In this document: piece after piece, positions 44,697 through 55,144 of the stretch | Numbering within the stretch: the stretch's first letter is position 1 | How the letters are laid out: each line of letters begins with the position of its first letter | NCBI GenBank assembly: GCA_021151825.1 | Contig: JAGKWQ010000014.1 | Location: 6,455-70,454 of the forward strand | Origin: Cellvibrionaceae bacterium | GTDB taxonomy: Bacteria > Pseudomonadota > Gammaproteobacteria > Pseudomonadales > Cellvibrionaceae | Length of the DNA: 64,000 nt | Reading direction: 5' to 3' | The notes under the pieces: generated by a model | Databases searched by the model: none | Seen by the model: the letters and a program-made list of their open reading frames with translations, nothing else | Told to the model about the DNA's origin: nothing | Translations under genes and position numbers: made by a program

Positions 44697-47600
44697 ATAT
44701 CAAAACCACTACTACAGGTTTGGAAATTGCGGTAATTGGTTTATCCGGACGCTTTCCCGGCGCGATCGATATTCACGAATTTTGGAAAAACCTGATATCT
44801 GCATCAGACACGATTGATTTGCTATCACTTGAAGAATTGCGGGCAGCAGGTGTTGATGAAGAACTTTTGCAGCAACCTAATTTTGTAAAAGCCAAAGGAG
44901 TTTTTCCAGAGCTGGAGTTTTTTGATGCGGAATTTTTTGACTACACCCCGCGGGATGCAGAAACCATTGATCCACAAGTGCGTGCATTGCACCAAGGGGT
45001 TTACCACGCATTGGAAGATGCCGGGTATCCCGCAGATGGCAGGAAACGCAATATCGGTTTATTTGCCGGTGCATCCGGTAATTTTAATTGGGAACTGGCG
45101 ACCTTACTTAAAGCATCCAGCGGTAGTGCCAGTCAATTTGCCGCGATCCAATTAAACGATAAAGATTTTTCGGCGACCCGCCTGGCTTACAAATTAAATT
45201 TGTGTGGCCCCAGTGTTACTGTACATTCAGCGTGTTCAACATCTCTTTATGCAATTGATTTAGCCTGCCGCAATTTATACACAGGCGCATGTGCAATGGC
45301 CATTGCCGCATGCAGTGGTTTGACGTTGCCCCATCGCAATGGTTATTTGTATGAAGATGGAATGATCAAATCGCCCGATGGAAAATGTCGCCCATTTTCC
45401 ATGGAAGCGAATGGTACCGTGGAAGGCAATGGTATGGGGGTTGTGGTATTGCGCCCCCTTGCTGATGCAGTGAAAGCCGGGGATCGGATCTATGCCGTTA
45501 TTCGTGGCACAGCCGCTAACAACGATGGCAACCGCAAGGTAGGGTACACAGCTCCCAGTGTTGAGGGGCAGGCTGAAGTTATTCGTCGTGCAATTTTTAT
45601 GGCTGAAGTAGAGCCGGAATCGATCACCTATATTGAAGCGCATGGCACAGGAACCAATTTGGGTGATCCGGTTGAAATTGAAAGTTTGAAAAAAGCATTC
45701 AATACCGAAAAGCGTAATTTCTGTGGTATTGGTTCATTGAAATCCAATATCGGCCATCTCGATACTGCTGCGGGTATTTCGTCGTTTATTAAAACAGTAT
45801 TGGCTCTTAAACATCGCGAATTACCACCTACCGTTAATTTCACCGAAGCTAACCCGGAAATCAATTTTGAGCAGAGTCCGTTTCATGTCATCACCGAACG
45901 CCAGCAATGGCAACGCCCTGCACACCCTGAAGAAATAAATGCGTTTTTGCCCCTGCGCGCGGGTGTTAGCTCTTTTGGGATTGGCGGAACCAATGTGCAC
46001 GTTATTCTGGAAGAGGCTCCGGAGATTACGGCATCCTCACCATCCTCAGAATGGAACACGTTGTGCGTGAGTGCAAAAAACGAAGCGGCTTTAGCTCGCG
46101 CGGTACAACAACTTAATTATTATATCGACGCTAATCGCACGATGAATCCTGCGGATTTGGCTTACACCTATCACGTTGGGCGCGGTCAATTTGCGCATCG
46201 AAAAACCTGGGCATATAAAACACTTGAAGATTTGCAAGTGCAATTGACACAGGAAAGTGAACAAACTCGTATTGCAAAATCACCATTGCGCGTTGCATTT
46301 TTATTTCCAGGGCAAGGTACGCAATATCCTGCGATGGCCTCTGGTTTGTATCAGCAAATACCGCAATTCCGCAGTGAGCTTGAAAAATGTTTGGCGATTT
46401 GTGAGCAAATCGGTGAGGCGCATATCCGCGGCTTATTATTAAGCCCTCGCGATGGTGATGAACAAGTTATCCGCGCCACCTCGTCTGCGCAATTAAGTTT
46501 ATTTGTGATTGAATATTCTCTCGCTAAAACATTAATGGAGTGGGGAGTAAAACCCTATGCCATGCTCGGCCATAGCCTGGGCGAGTATGTGGCGGCGTGT
46601 ATCGCTGGAGTATTTACACTGGATGATGCCCTGAAACTTGTGAGCCAGCGCGGGAAGCTAATGCAGGCAATGGCCCCCGGTGCAATGTTGGCGGTGAATT
46701 TATCTGAGCAACAACTGCGTGAATGCATACCCGTCGGATTGGATATTGCAGCTGTTAATGGGCCAGAGCAATGCACAGTGGCAGGGTCATTAGTAATGAT
46801 CGACTCTTTTGCCTCTTCCCTGCAAAAACAAAACGTAATTGCCAAACCCTTGCAAACTTCCCATGCATTTCATTCCGCAATGATGGAACCGATGCTGGAT
46901 GAATATGAGCGAATCCTGGGTGAAATAGAGTTCAAACGGCCACAGCTAGCTTATGTATCAAACGTTACCGGAACATGGATTAGCGACGCGCAAGCAATGG
47001 ACCGACGTTATTATCTGGATCATGTTCGCCAGGCAGTTCGTTTTGCGGATGGTATCACTCAGTTAATCGTGGAGGAAAATACCTTATTTGTCGAAGTGGG
47101 TGCGGGTGGTGTATTAACTGCATTTGCAAAACAACAACCACAAGCACGGGCTATTCCCGCTATCTCACTTGTGCGTCACATCAAAAAAGACATTGAAGAT
47201 GCACATTTTTTTGCACAAGCAATAGGCGAATTATGGGCTCATGGAGCAACGCTTGATTGGCGAAAATTCTACAATATGCAACAGCGTCAATTGCTGGATG
47301 CTCCGTTTTATCCCTTTGCCAAAACTCCGCTGGTTATTAATTACGGTGATATTTACAGCTTATTAAAAGGATTTTCTGCTCCTGCCAATGTTATTGGTAA
47401 TAACATTACTTATCCGCAACATTTCAGTTGGCAGGATGCATTGGTAAACAAGGCTACTGATAATGATATTGTCTACCCTTGTTTGATTTTTAATACTCAT
47501 AAAGGAAAACAGAAAAAGTTTTCGCTAATTGGTGGTTTGCGCCCAATCCAGATTAGCGATTCAGATAAATACCTCAAGATAGCCGCCAATAACTATGGAA

Positions 47601-50600
47601 TAGATCCTGGTAATGGTGCCGATTATCGCCGGTTGATTCGCGATCTAACGCGTGAAGATGGTGTTCCTCAATTATTGCTGTGGCATAGGAATCTCACTGC
47701 AAAAACGGATATTTCGGAATTGCGGCTACACATTAATTCAGCGCTTGATGCCTTCAGTGATGAATGCACCCATCAAAGTTTTCGTGCTGTACTTGTTTTC
47801 ACCACACAAGACGCGCCCGTAGAAAAAGACAGTTTTCATTGGGAACTCTGGGTTCGCACAATAATGCTTGCTTATAACAACATCCAGATTTCAGTTGTTT
47901 TCCAGCTTGGAAAACCTAAAAAACATGCGGTAGATCGTTTGCTTGAGCAGGAAATTTATTTATCGGGTGCAAAAGAAAATCTGGTTCTGCTGAAAGACAA
48001 TCGTCGTTATGTATATCTGCCTCACTCAAGCTCCTATATACCCGCTGGAGAACTTCAGGCTTCAGGAAAATCCTACGCAGTATTAGCTCCCACGGGATAT
48101 CCGATTCACGCTTTTTCTGACAGTTTGCAAAAGATTAGCGGTGCCTATGTCGATAGCTACCCAGTAAATCTGCCAATAGATTCCCACCGGAAGAGCAATA
48201 TCAAAAATGATATTCGCGTTATTGACAATGATATTGTTCAAACACAAGCGATCTATTTAAATCAATATGGCATCCAGGATACATCAGCCAGTCATCGGCT
48301 GATGGACGAACTCTGCGCAAATCTTATTGCTGGATATATTGACCGGTTTCTTCCCCTGCAACCGGGAAGCATCTTTAATCGCAATGATTTAACACAAGCA
48401 TTACAAGTCATTCCAAAGCTTGAAAAATATGTCGATTACTTCATACAAATTCTATTAACTGACAGAATTTTGGAGCTGGTTACAAGCTCAAATGATACTT
48501 TCAAAGTAATTAAGAGCATCATTGATCTACGAAAAAAAGAGACTATTCGTGATGAGCTAAATCAAAATGATTTTTTTTGTGGACAAGTGAAATTACTTGA
48601 GCACTGTGTAACTCATTTTGATCGGGCGTTATCCGGCGCTGTGCCTGCGATTGAGGTACTGTATCCGGCAGGTTCAAATTCGCTGCTGAAATCAACCTAT
48701 GAAAATTCGATTCAAGAGCAAGAAGATGAATTTATCCGCATGCTCTTTGAAAAAATTATTGGAAAAATTACTGGCCAGGTTAAGAAGATACGCATTCTGG
48801 AAGCCGGTGGTGGTTATGGTTTGATGATGCGCCGTATTATGCCGCTTTTGAAAAAGATGAAGAATGTCGAGTACTACTTTACCGATATCGGAACAACTTT
48901 TCTTGAGCAGGCCAAGAACTATGCACTGGATAACCAGTGTGATTTTATGACATTCGGTTTGTTTGATATTAACAAGCCAGCACAAGATCAGGGTTTGGAA
49001 GAAAACAGTTTTGATATTGTTTTTGCATTTAACGTTGTACATGCAACCCATAGCATTGGAACCAGTATTGAAAATCTTAAAGCGTTGTTGGTCGACAAAG
49101 GCATTCTTTGTTTATTGGAACGTACTAATGTTCGTCGTTATGTGGATTTAATCTGGGGATTGGCTGACGGCTGGTGGCATTTTGATAATGCCGAGCGCCA
49201 ATTATCACCATTGATGCCCATTGAGAAGTGGGAAGCGTTGTTAAAGGAAAAGGGATTTGAATCCATACTGGCTTATCCAGATACCACAGCACTGCGCGAG
49301 CGCCTTGACGTAGGTGTGATACTCGCGCAGAACCAATTACCGGCACCGGCTAAAAATTACTTGCCTGACGTTACTCCAAATAACATTGAAGCTAAAGCCT
49401 ATGATCAGGTGTTTATTATTGATTTGCCGTTGGTGCAATTAAAAAGCGGGTTTAGGTCAATTGCAGGCAATAAAGCAAAAATAAATGTTGCCCAAAAATA
49501 TTTCGAATCCGCCAGTCAGGTATTGGCTTCGATAAAAACAAACTCATCCATTATCCTTACCCAGGCCTCGCCCGATACTGATTGTGACTATGGCCCTATG
49601 CAGTTGGAATCCCGCATTGAGTTCGAGAAAAAAACCAATGCTGCCAGCATCTATTTACCCTTTGATAAAACGGTAGAGGGTTATTCCCAAACCATTCCAG
49701 ATCGTCAGGCCTTTTCCAAGGGACTTGCCGTTATTGTTAGCGGCTGGAGTCATGGTGTCATAGAGGCTGGACATCAATCGTTGTTCAGCTTGCCAAGCAG
49801 GCCAGTCTTATCGTATGGAGCCTCAACTACCAATGACGAAACCTCTTCAAGTATGGAGGCGAGCGAAGGGTATGAAACTTTATTAATTACTATTTTGAGT
49901 GATTTATTCGGAATTGAAAACCTGACGGCAAATGATGATTTCTTTGAGCTGGGCGGTGATTCCTTGAAGGTAGCGCAATTAACTACCGAGCTTGCCAAGC
50001 ATGGTTTAAAAGTTTCACCTAATGAAATCTTTAATAACACGCGAATTTCCCAACTGGCTGGTTATCTTGCTGTGCACTGTAAATCAGCCGATGAGAACAT
50101 CATTACTCGTGATGATCTGGTGCAATATTTTTCGTCCAAACATGGTGTGTCAGCCGACTTTATCAGCTATCAAGTTGCAGGAAAACGGCAAAATATTCTC
50201 TTTCTGGATGATGTGGCCCTACAGACGTCCGGTGGTTACATCCAGGAGTTGGCTGCATTAAATATTGTTGCAGACATACAGCCAGATTACGTATATCCCT
50301 TGTCGCGAATCATTAATGTTCCTTTATCCATGGATAGTGACTTATTCAGCAACTCCTTTGCTTTACAAAATATCGAAGCAGATCAATATAAAAAGATTGC
50401 ACAGATGGTGACCCATCAGCAGCGCCGCTTGAGTTTGCAAATTATTCGCGGAGAAGTTGAGGAGCAATATAATTTAAGTCCGTTCCAGAAAATGTATTTG
50501 AAAAGCACTGCGCGTGTCTCGTTGTACGAAATTGAATTTGAGGAAATGATTGACCGGCAATTACTCAATCGTGCTTTTTCTGATGTGGTTGCAACACAAG

Positions 50601-51757
50601 GGCTGTTACGCAGCAGCCTTAGCCGCAGTTTCAAACGCTTGTGTTGGGTCCAGCACAAAGCGGGGGATGAACTGGCATTGCCATACCTTGATTTATCTCC
50701 TTATTCCCTGGAAACAAAAAAGAATATTGTTGAATACATTATGAAACAACAATATGCCGTAAATTTCGATGCTGAAAAGGGCGTTATGTTCAGGGTTATC
50801 CTGATTCGGCTGGATTTGCGCAGATCCACATTATTATTCAATTTGGACCATTCCATTTTTGACAATATGAGTGGTCAGGTTCTCAAACGGCAATTATTAA
50901 ATCGTTATCGCGCTCTGTTAGCCGGAACTACTGCCAGACCCGTACCAGCAAAATCGTTTAATGAATATTTGACGCAAATCAATCGCGGACCGCAAGGTGT
51001 TTCACCGGAGTGGTTAATAAAATTATTTGATCTGGAAGCTTACGGTAAAGCCCGGCTGAAAGTAGAAGATAAAATCATTGCCAATCGCCAACCTAAATTC
51101 AGCAAGCTGCGCTATGAAATTGACCTTTCAAGCTATCAATTAGCTGCTGACGATCAGGTTGCCTGGGAGGTCAGTGTCAGTGTTATTGCATACACATTGG
51201 CACGTTATCTTAACCAGGAAGACATTCCACTTAAATTGCTATATCAAGGGCGAAAATATCAGGACATTTCGTTCTTTGATACGCTGGGGCTATTTGTTGA
51301 TGTCATTCCTTTATTAATTCGCACTCGCGCGAATGGCCAGGGTGCAGACATTGTTTCTGACATCAGTCGCAAATTTAACCTGATTAATCGCTATAACGTT
51401 AACTTCATGAACATGATGCTAAATCTTGGCATGTTAGTGAAATGGCGCGACGTATTGGGATTCATTGCGCCTAAAAAGTTATCGAAACAAGATCCAATGA
51501 TTTTGTTGAATTACGTAGGCAAAGCAGGGGATGAATATAAAAATATTCTCGATCTTTCAATTAATTCAATGCTCGAATCAGAAGGAAAGCTGGACTACGC
51601 CAGCTTTTACATTATTGCGACCCAGATGGATGGAAAAGTTGTTCTGGACATCTTGTGTAACTTTGAAAAGGACATGGAGATTATAAGAAATATTATGCAA
51701 CAAGAGACGAACAGATTATTAGGTACTGAAGATATCAATTATTTATTGAAAGCTTGA
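44693..51757 (+). CDS. Terminal PKS module KS-AT-(degenerate KR)-cMT-ACP-terminal C-like domain; no TE
   Basis: KS HSACSTS/EAHGTGT/NIGHLD; AT GHSLGE/HAFH; KR structural remnant without a GxGxxG or YxxxN motif; cMT ILEAGGGYG and NVVHAT; ACP GGDS; C-like domain YNLSPFQ...DHSIFD (50846-50863). Confidence 0.85.
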   Translation: MNIKTTTTGLEIAVIGLSGRFPGAIDIHEFWKNLISASDTIDLLSLEELRAAGVDEELLQQPNFVKAKGVFPELEFFDAEFFDYTPRDAETIDPQVRALHQGVYHALEDAGYPADGRKRNIGLFAGASGNFNWELATLLKASSGSASQFAAIQLNDKDFSATRLAYKLNLCGPSVTVHSACSTSLYAIDLACRNLYTGACAMAIAACSGLTLPHRNGYLYEDGMIKSPDGKCRPFSMEANGTVEGNGMGVVVLRPLADAVKAGDRIYAVIRGTAANNDGNRKVGYTAPSVEGQAEVIRRAIFMAEVEPESITYIEAHGTGTNLGDPVEIESLKKAFNTEKRNFCGIGSLKSNIGHLDTAAGISSFIKTVLALKHRELPPTVNFTEANPEINFEQSPFHVITERQQWQRPAHPEEINAFLPLRAGVSSFGIGGTNVHVILEEAPEITASSPSSEWNTLCVSAKNEAALARAVQQLNYYIDANRTMNPADLAYTYHVGRGQFAHRKTWAYKTLEDLQVQLTQESEQTRIAKSPLRVAFLFPGQGTQYPAMASGLYQQIPQFRSELEKCLAICEQIGEAHIRGLLLSPRDGDEQVIRATSSAQLSLFVIEYSLAKTLMEWGVKPYAMLGHSLGEYVAACIAGVFTLDDALKLVSQRGKLMQAMAPGAMLAVNLSEQQLRECIPVGLDIAAVNGPEQCTVAGSLVMIDSFASSLQKQNVIAKPLQTSHAFHSAMMEPMLDEYERILGEIEFKRPQLAYVSNVTGTWISDAQAMDRRYYLDHVRQAVRFADGITQLIVEENTLFVEVGAGGVLTAFAKQQPQARAIPAISLVRHIKKDIEDAHFFAQAIGELWAHGATLDWRKFYNMQQRQLLDAPFYPFAKTPLVINYGDIYSLLKGFSAPANVIGNNITYPQHFSWQDALVNKATDNDIVYPCLIFNTHKGKQKKFSLIGGLRPIQISDSDKYLKIAANNYGIDPGNGADYRRLIRDLTREDGVPQLLLWHRNLTAKTDISELRLHINSALDAFSDECTHQSFRAVLVFTTQDAPVEKDSFHWELWVRTIMLAYNNIQISVVFQLGKPKKHAVDRLLEQEIYLSGAKENLVLLKDNRRYVYLPHSSSYIPAGELQASGKSYAVLAPTGYPIHAFSDSLQKISGAYVDSYPVNLPIDSHRKSNIKNDIRVIDNDIVQTQAIYLNQYGIQDTSASHRLMDELCANLIAGYIDRFLPLQPGSIFNRNDLTQALQVIPKLEKYVDYFIQILLTDRILELVTSSNDTFKVIKSIIDLRKKETIRDELNQNDFFCGQVKLLEHCVTHFDRALSGAVPAIEVLYPAGSNSLLKSTYENSIQEQEDEFIRMLFEKIIGKITGQVKKIRILEAGGGYGLMMRRIMPLLKKMKNVEYYFTDIGTTFLEQAKNYALDNQCDFMTFGLFDINKPAQDQGLEENSFDIVFAFNVVHATHSIGTSIENLKALLVDKGILCLLERTNVRRYVDLIWGLADGWWHFDNAERQLSPLMPIEKWEALLKEKGFESILAYPDTTALRERLDVGVILAQNQLPAPAKNYLPDVTPNNIEAKAYDQVFIIDLPLVQLKSGFRSIAGNKAKINVAQKYFESASQVLASIKTNSSIILTQASPDTDCDYGPMQLESRIEFEKKTNAASIYLPFDKTVEGYSQTIPDRQAFSKGLAVIVSGWSHGVIEAGHQSLFSLPSRPVLSYGASTTNDETSSSMEASEGYETLLITILSDLFGIENLTANDDFFELGGDSLKVAQLTTELAKHGLKVSPNEIFNNTRISQLAGYLAVHCKSADENIITRDDLVQYFSSKHGVSADFISYQVAGKRQNILFLDDVALQTSGGYIQELAALNIVADIQPDYVYPLSRIINVPLSMDSDLFSNSFALQNIEADQYKKIAQMVTHQQRRLSLQIIRGEVEEQYNLSPFQKMYLKSTARVSLYEIEFEEMIDRQLLNRAFSDVVATQGLLRSSLSRSFKRLCWVQHKAGDELALPYLDLSPYSLETKKNIVEYIMKQQYAVNFDAEKGVMFRVILIRLDLRRSTLLFNLDHSIFDNMSGQVLKRQLLNRYRALLAGTTARPVPAKSFNEYLTQINRGPQGVSPEWLIKLFDLEAYGKARLKVEDKIIANRQPKFSKLRYEIDLSSYQLAADDQVAWEVSVSVIAYTLARYLNQEDIPLKLLYQGRKYQDISFFDTLGLFVDVIPLLIRTRANGQGADIVSDISRKFNLINRYNVNFMNMMLNLGMLVKWRDVLGFIAPKKLSKQDPMILLNYVGKAGDEYKNILDLSINSMLESEGKLDYASFYIIATQMDGKVVLDILCNFEKDMEIIRNIMQQETNRLLGTEDINYLLKA

Positions 51758-51804
51758 TAAAAGGTGTATCGATTACTGATTTTTACTATTAACGAGAAAC
51801 TACT

Positions 51805-53058
51805 ATGTTATTCACTCTATCAATCCGTAACGCATTTCGACATCGAGGTCGATTATTGTTGACTACATCCATTGTGATGGTAGCCAGCCTTCTGCTTGTT
51901 ATTGCTGTTGGTCAAATTGGCGGTATTAATCGCACATTGACTAATAGCGTAACTGACACGCTCACCGGTCATATCAATATAAAACCGCAAGGCGCACCGG
52001 TCGCCTTTTTTGAATTCGCATCACCTAAACGTTTGGAATTGATTCGTGCTGAAGATGTTGAAGATGTTATCGCGCGCGTATCTGCACTTCCAATGGTGGA
52101 AGCAGTGACTCCGCGGATTAAGTTCGGCTCATTGATTGGTAACGATGAGAAATCTATACCCGCAATGATTATTGGTGTAGATCCGGAAAGGGAAGGGAAG
52201 GTATGTACTGACCTGGTTAATATTGTAAAACCCCTGCAGGATTCAGGAAATGCTGTATTGGCAACTTACCTGGCGAACCGTGTGGGCATTCAGCAGGGCG
52301 AGAATATTTTGGTATTCAGTGAAACCGCTGACGATAGTTTTAACGCTGCAGAATTTAAAATTGACAGCACTATCGATACGCCGGTACTCATCGATGAATT
52401 TATTAATTCAGTGTTTCTGGTAGATATACAAACTGTGCGGGATTTGTTGTACCTGGATCAATCCGCATCAGAAATTAGCATTCGCTTGAAACCCGGCTAT
52501 ACCACCGACCTTGCAGCGGCTCGTGATGCGATTAATCGTGCACTAACTCCAGCCCAGCAAGCGTATCTCAAAACTTATACCTATCGGGAAGTAGAGCAAT
52601 CAATAGAAGGTATATCCGGTATTGCGGCAGGCATGGGAACAATTCAGGTTGGGACCATCATGTTAATTATGCTGGTCACTGTATTGATTATTACGAGTAT
52701 TACTTTACATGAGCGTCGCTTTGAAATCGGGGCGCTAATGTCTATTGGAATGTCTCCTGCAAAATTAACAGCTATGTTCGTTATGGAAGTAGGAATAAAG
52801 GTGGTGTTAGGGTACGTGTTGGGCGCAATTCTTGGATTCCTGATTCTGCAAGGAATTAATTTTTCAGGAGGAATTAAAGCGGCTAATCAGGTGGACCAAT
52901 ACATCTATGGTGGCAAGGTTATGTTTCCCATTGTGGACTACGCCAACATTGCCTTAGGCATGGTATTGGTTGTTAGCATCGCCTTGCTGATTACGCTGGG
53001 AACCTGCATAAAAGCATCACGCCAGGATATCGTTGGCCTGCTGAACAGTAAAAAATAG
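51805..53058 (+). CDS. ABC transporter permease, FtsX/LolE/MacB family
   Basis: IRNAFRHRGR N-terminus, large periplasmic domain, ERRFEIGALMSIG motif, C-terminal TM helices. Confidence 0.9.
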   Translation: MLFTLSIRNAFRHRGRLLLTTSIVMVASLLLVIAVGQIGGINRTLTNSVTDTLTGHINIKPQGAPVAFFEFASPKRLELIRAEDVEDVIARVSALPMVEAVTPRIKFGSLIGNDEKSIPAMIIGVDPEREGKVCTDLVNIVKPLQDSGNAVLATYLANRVGIQQGENILVFSETADDSFNAAEFKIDSTIDTPVLIDEFINSVFLVDIQTVRDLLYLDQSASEISIRLKPGYTTDLAAARDAINRALTPAQQAYLKTYTYREVEQSIEGISGIAAGMGTIQVGTIMLIMLVTVLIITSITLHERRFEIGALMSIGMSPAKLTAMFVMEVGIKVVLGYVLGAILGFLILQGINFSGGIKAANQVDQYIYGGKVMFPIVDYANIALGMVLVVSIALLITLGTCIKASRQDIVGLLNSKK

Positions 53059-53067
53059 GAGAAAATC

Positions 53068-54321
53068 ATGGAGTTCAATGCGACCTGGGCATTAGTGTTA
53101 AAGAGTATTTTTAGAAATAAATCCCGCAGTTTTATGTTGGGTTTGTTAATTTGTTTTGCTGCCTTTGTTATGGCATTTTTCACCCAGTTTCTGATGGGAG
53201 TCAGCAAAAATTTTACCGATAATCTGGTTGAACTCGCCAGCGGGGACATATACATTTCCAGTGAAATAAAGGACCAGCGCGATCAAAACATTTTTGATCG
53301 GGAATACGAATACTTTCGTTACTCACCCGAGTTTTACACGGAGTTAGAAAAGCTGAATGGTTTTGTGAGTTCGCATCCGCGTTTGGATATGGCCGCACGT
53401 ATTGTCACCAGCCAGGATTCTATTGATTTTTCCCTCTCGGCATTTAATCCGGCAGAGGAAGCGTCGTTACTCAAAAACTTTGTGATTATTGAGGGGCGGA
53501 TGATAAAACCTGATGCCTACGAAATTATTGTCCCGGAAGATTGGGCCAGACGTCATCAGATAGTACCCGGCAATTCAGTTTCCGTTATGTCCCGCTCCGT
53601 GGATCGCCGGATAAATTTGCTTGGTTTTACTGTGGTTGGCACATTCAAAACCAATAGCCTTTCTGCCTGGTTTAATAATTCTGTATATACCAGTATTGGG
53701 CCAGCCCGGGCTTTGGTTAATGATCCGCAAGTTGTCACTCGTTTGAACCTGCGCTTTGCGAGTGGTTTTGATAAAGATAAAGCCATTGCTGAAGTAAACG
53801 CGGTGATGAAAAATCACATTGGCGATAAGAACCCCACACTTAATGCTACCTACTGGAAAGATGGCGCCGAATTTTTTACCTCTCTGGTAGCAGGTATTGA
53901 GGCGGGCTTCTTCATTGTTATCGGTGTTATCTGTTCAATTCTAGGCGCATGTATTGCACTTACTACAGTCATGGGAATTATGGAGCGCAGCAAGGAGATT
54001 GCAACGTTGGGTGCACTGGGTGCTGCTCCCAAAACAATTCGTAAAATATTCTTAATGGAAAATGTTTTCCTATCCGATATCGCATCGTTGTTAGGCATTT
54101 CAATTGCGGCGGTTGCTTTCATTATCACGGCTAAAACAGGGCTGCCAATCAATAACCCCGAATTGGAAGGTTTTCTCGGGGCATCACATTTTTATCCAGC
54201 CTATGATGTTGCTGGATTCATCGGCGCGTTTCTCATTACCAAGCTGGTAGCAACGAATGCTACTTTTTTTATAGCAGGCTGGGCGGCAAAACGTTCAATT
54301 GCTGATGCTATGGCTGAATAA
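53068..54321 (+). CDS. ABC transporter permease, FtsX/LolE/MacB family (second paralogue)
   Basis: KSIFRNKSRS, ERSKEIATLGALG, same topology. Confidence 0.9.
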   Translation: MEFNATWALVLKSIFRNKSRSFMLGLLICFAAFVMAFFTQFLMGVSKNFTDNLVELASGDIYISSEIKDQRDQNIFDREYEYFRYSPEFYTELEKLNGFVSSHPRLDMAARIVTSQDSIDFSLSAFNPAEEASLLKNFVIIEGRMIKPDAYEIIVPEDWARRHQIVPGNSVSVMSRSVDRRINLLGFTVVGTFKTNSLSAWFNNSVYTSIGPARALVNDPQVVTRLNLRFASGFDKDKAIAEVNAVMKNHIGDKNPTLNATYWKDGAEFFTSLVAGIEAGFFIVIGVICSILGACIALTTVMGIMERSKEIATLGALGAAPKTIRKIFLMENVFLSDIASLLGISIAAVAFIITAKTGLPINNPELEGFLGASHFYPAYDVAGFIGAFLITKLVATNATFFIAGWAAKRSIADAMAE

Positions 54322-54356
54322 CTTTTTTCAATTTAATTTTTTTAGGGGCTAATATC

Positions 54357-55130
54357 GTGGAAATCGTCTTAAAAGATGTTACTAAGCACTATCAGCTAGG
54401 CCAGACAACTGTACATGCTCTCAAAGGTGTAAATCTCACGGTTAAATCCAATGATTTTTTAACAGTTGCAGGTCCTTCAGGCAGTGGGAAAACCAGTCTA
54501 TTAAATATGATTGGTTGTATCGATTCGCCGACCAGTGGGTCAGTATTATTTGATGGAGTAGATGTAAATCAATTGAGTCTTACCGAAAAGGCATTACTGC
54601 GTAATGAAAAAATTGGTTTCATATTCCAGTCATTCAATCTCATGCCCGTGTTGTCGGTGTATGAGAATATTGAATTACCAACGCTGATTGGAAAAAAGCC
54701 ACGTAAACGCAAGGATACTCGCGATTGGATTATGCATCTCATTGCCGCGGTAGGTTTAGAAACCCGTGTAAAACATAAACCTGATGAACTTTCCGGCGGG
54801 CAACGCCAGAGAGTTGCGATTGCGCGGGCATTGGTTAATAACCCGGCATTGATTTTGGCTGATGAACCAACTGCAAACCTGGATTCAGATACGTCGCTGA
54901 TTATTCTTGATCTAATGCGTCAGCTTAATAAAGAAGAGAATACCGCCTTTTTATTTTCAACCCACGATCCTGATATTGTTGCCCGTTGCGACACCGTTAT
55001 TCATGTGCGCGATGGATTAATAGTTAATACGTTAACCCAGACACCTGTTGTAACCCTGCCTGCCGCACACATTATTGACGGTGTTATGCAGGTTCCACCG
55101 GGCAATACCATTCCGTTGGCAACTAAATAA
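54357..55130 (+). CDS. ABC ATPase, LolD/MacB family
   Basis: GPSGSGKT Walker A, IGFIFQSFNL, LSGGQRQRVAIARAL, LADEPTANLD, THD. Confidence 0.95.
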   Translation: MEIVLKDVTKHYQLGQTTVHALKGVNLTVKSNDFLTVAGPSGSGKTSLLNMIGCIDSPTSGSVLFDGVDVNQLSLTEKALLRNEKIGFIFQSFNLMPVLSVYENIELPTLIGKKPRKRKDTRDWIMHLIAAVGLETRVKHKPDELSGGQRQRVAIARALVNNPALILADEPTANLDSDTSLIILDLMRQLNKEENTAFLFSTHDPDIVARCDTVIHVRDGLIVNTLTQTPVVTLPAAHIIDGVMQVPPGNTIPLATK

Positions 55131-55144
55131 AAGGAACCCTGGAT

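Noticed and set aside
13196-51757. BGC as a siderophore cluster because of the adjacent FecIR-TBDR and Fur
   Set aside because: No catechol/salicylate, Orn/Lys N-hydroxylase, Asp hydroxylase or heterocyclisation functions seen. A-domain codes are Gly and aliphatic. No Fur box recognised ahead of the BGC.
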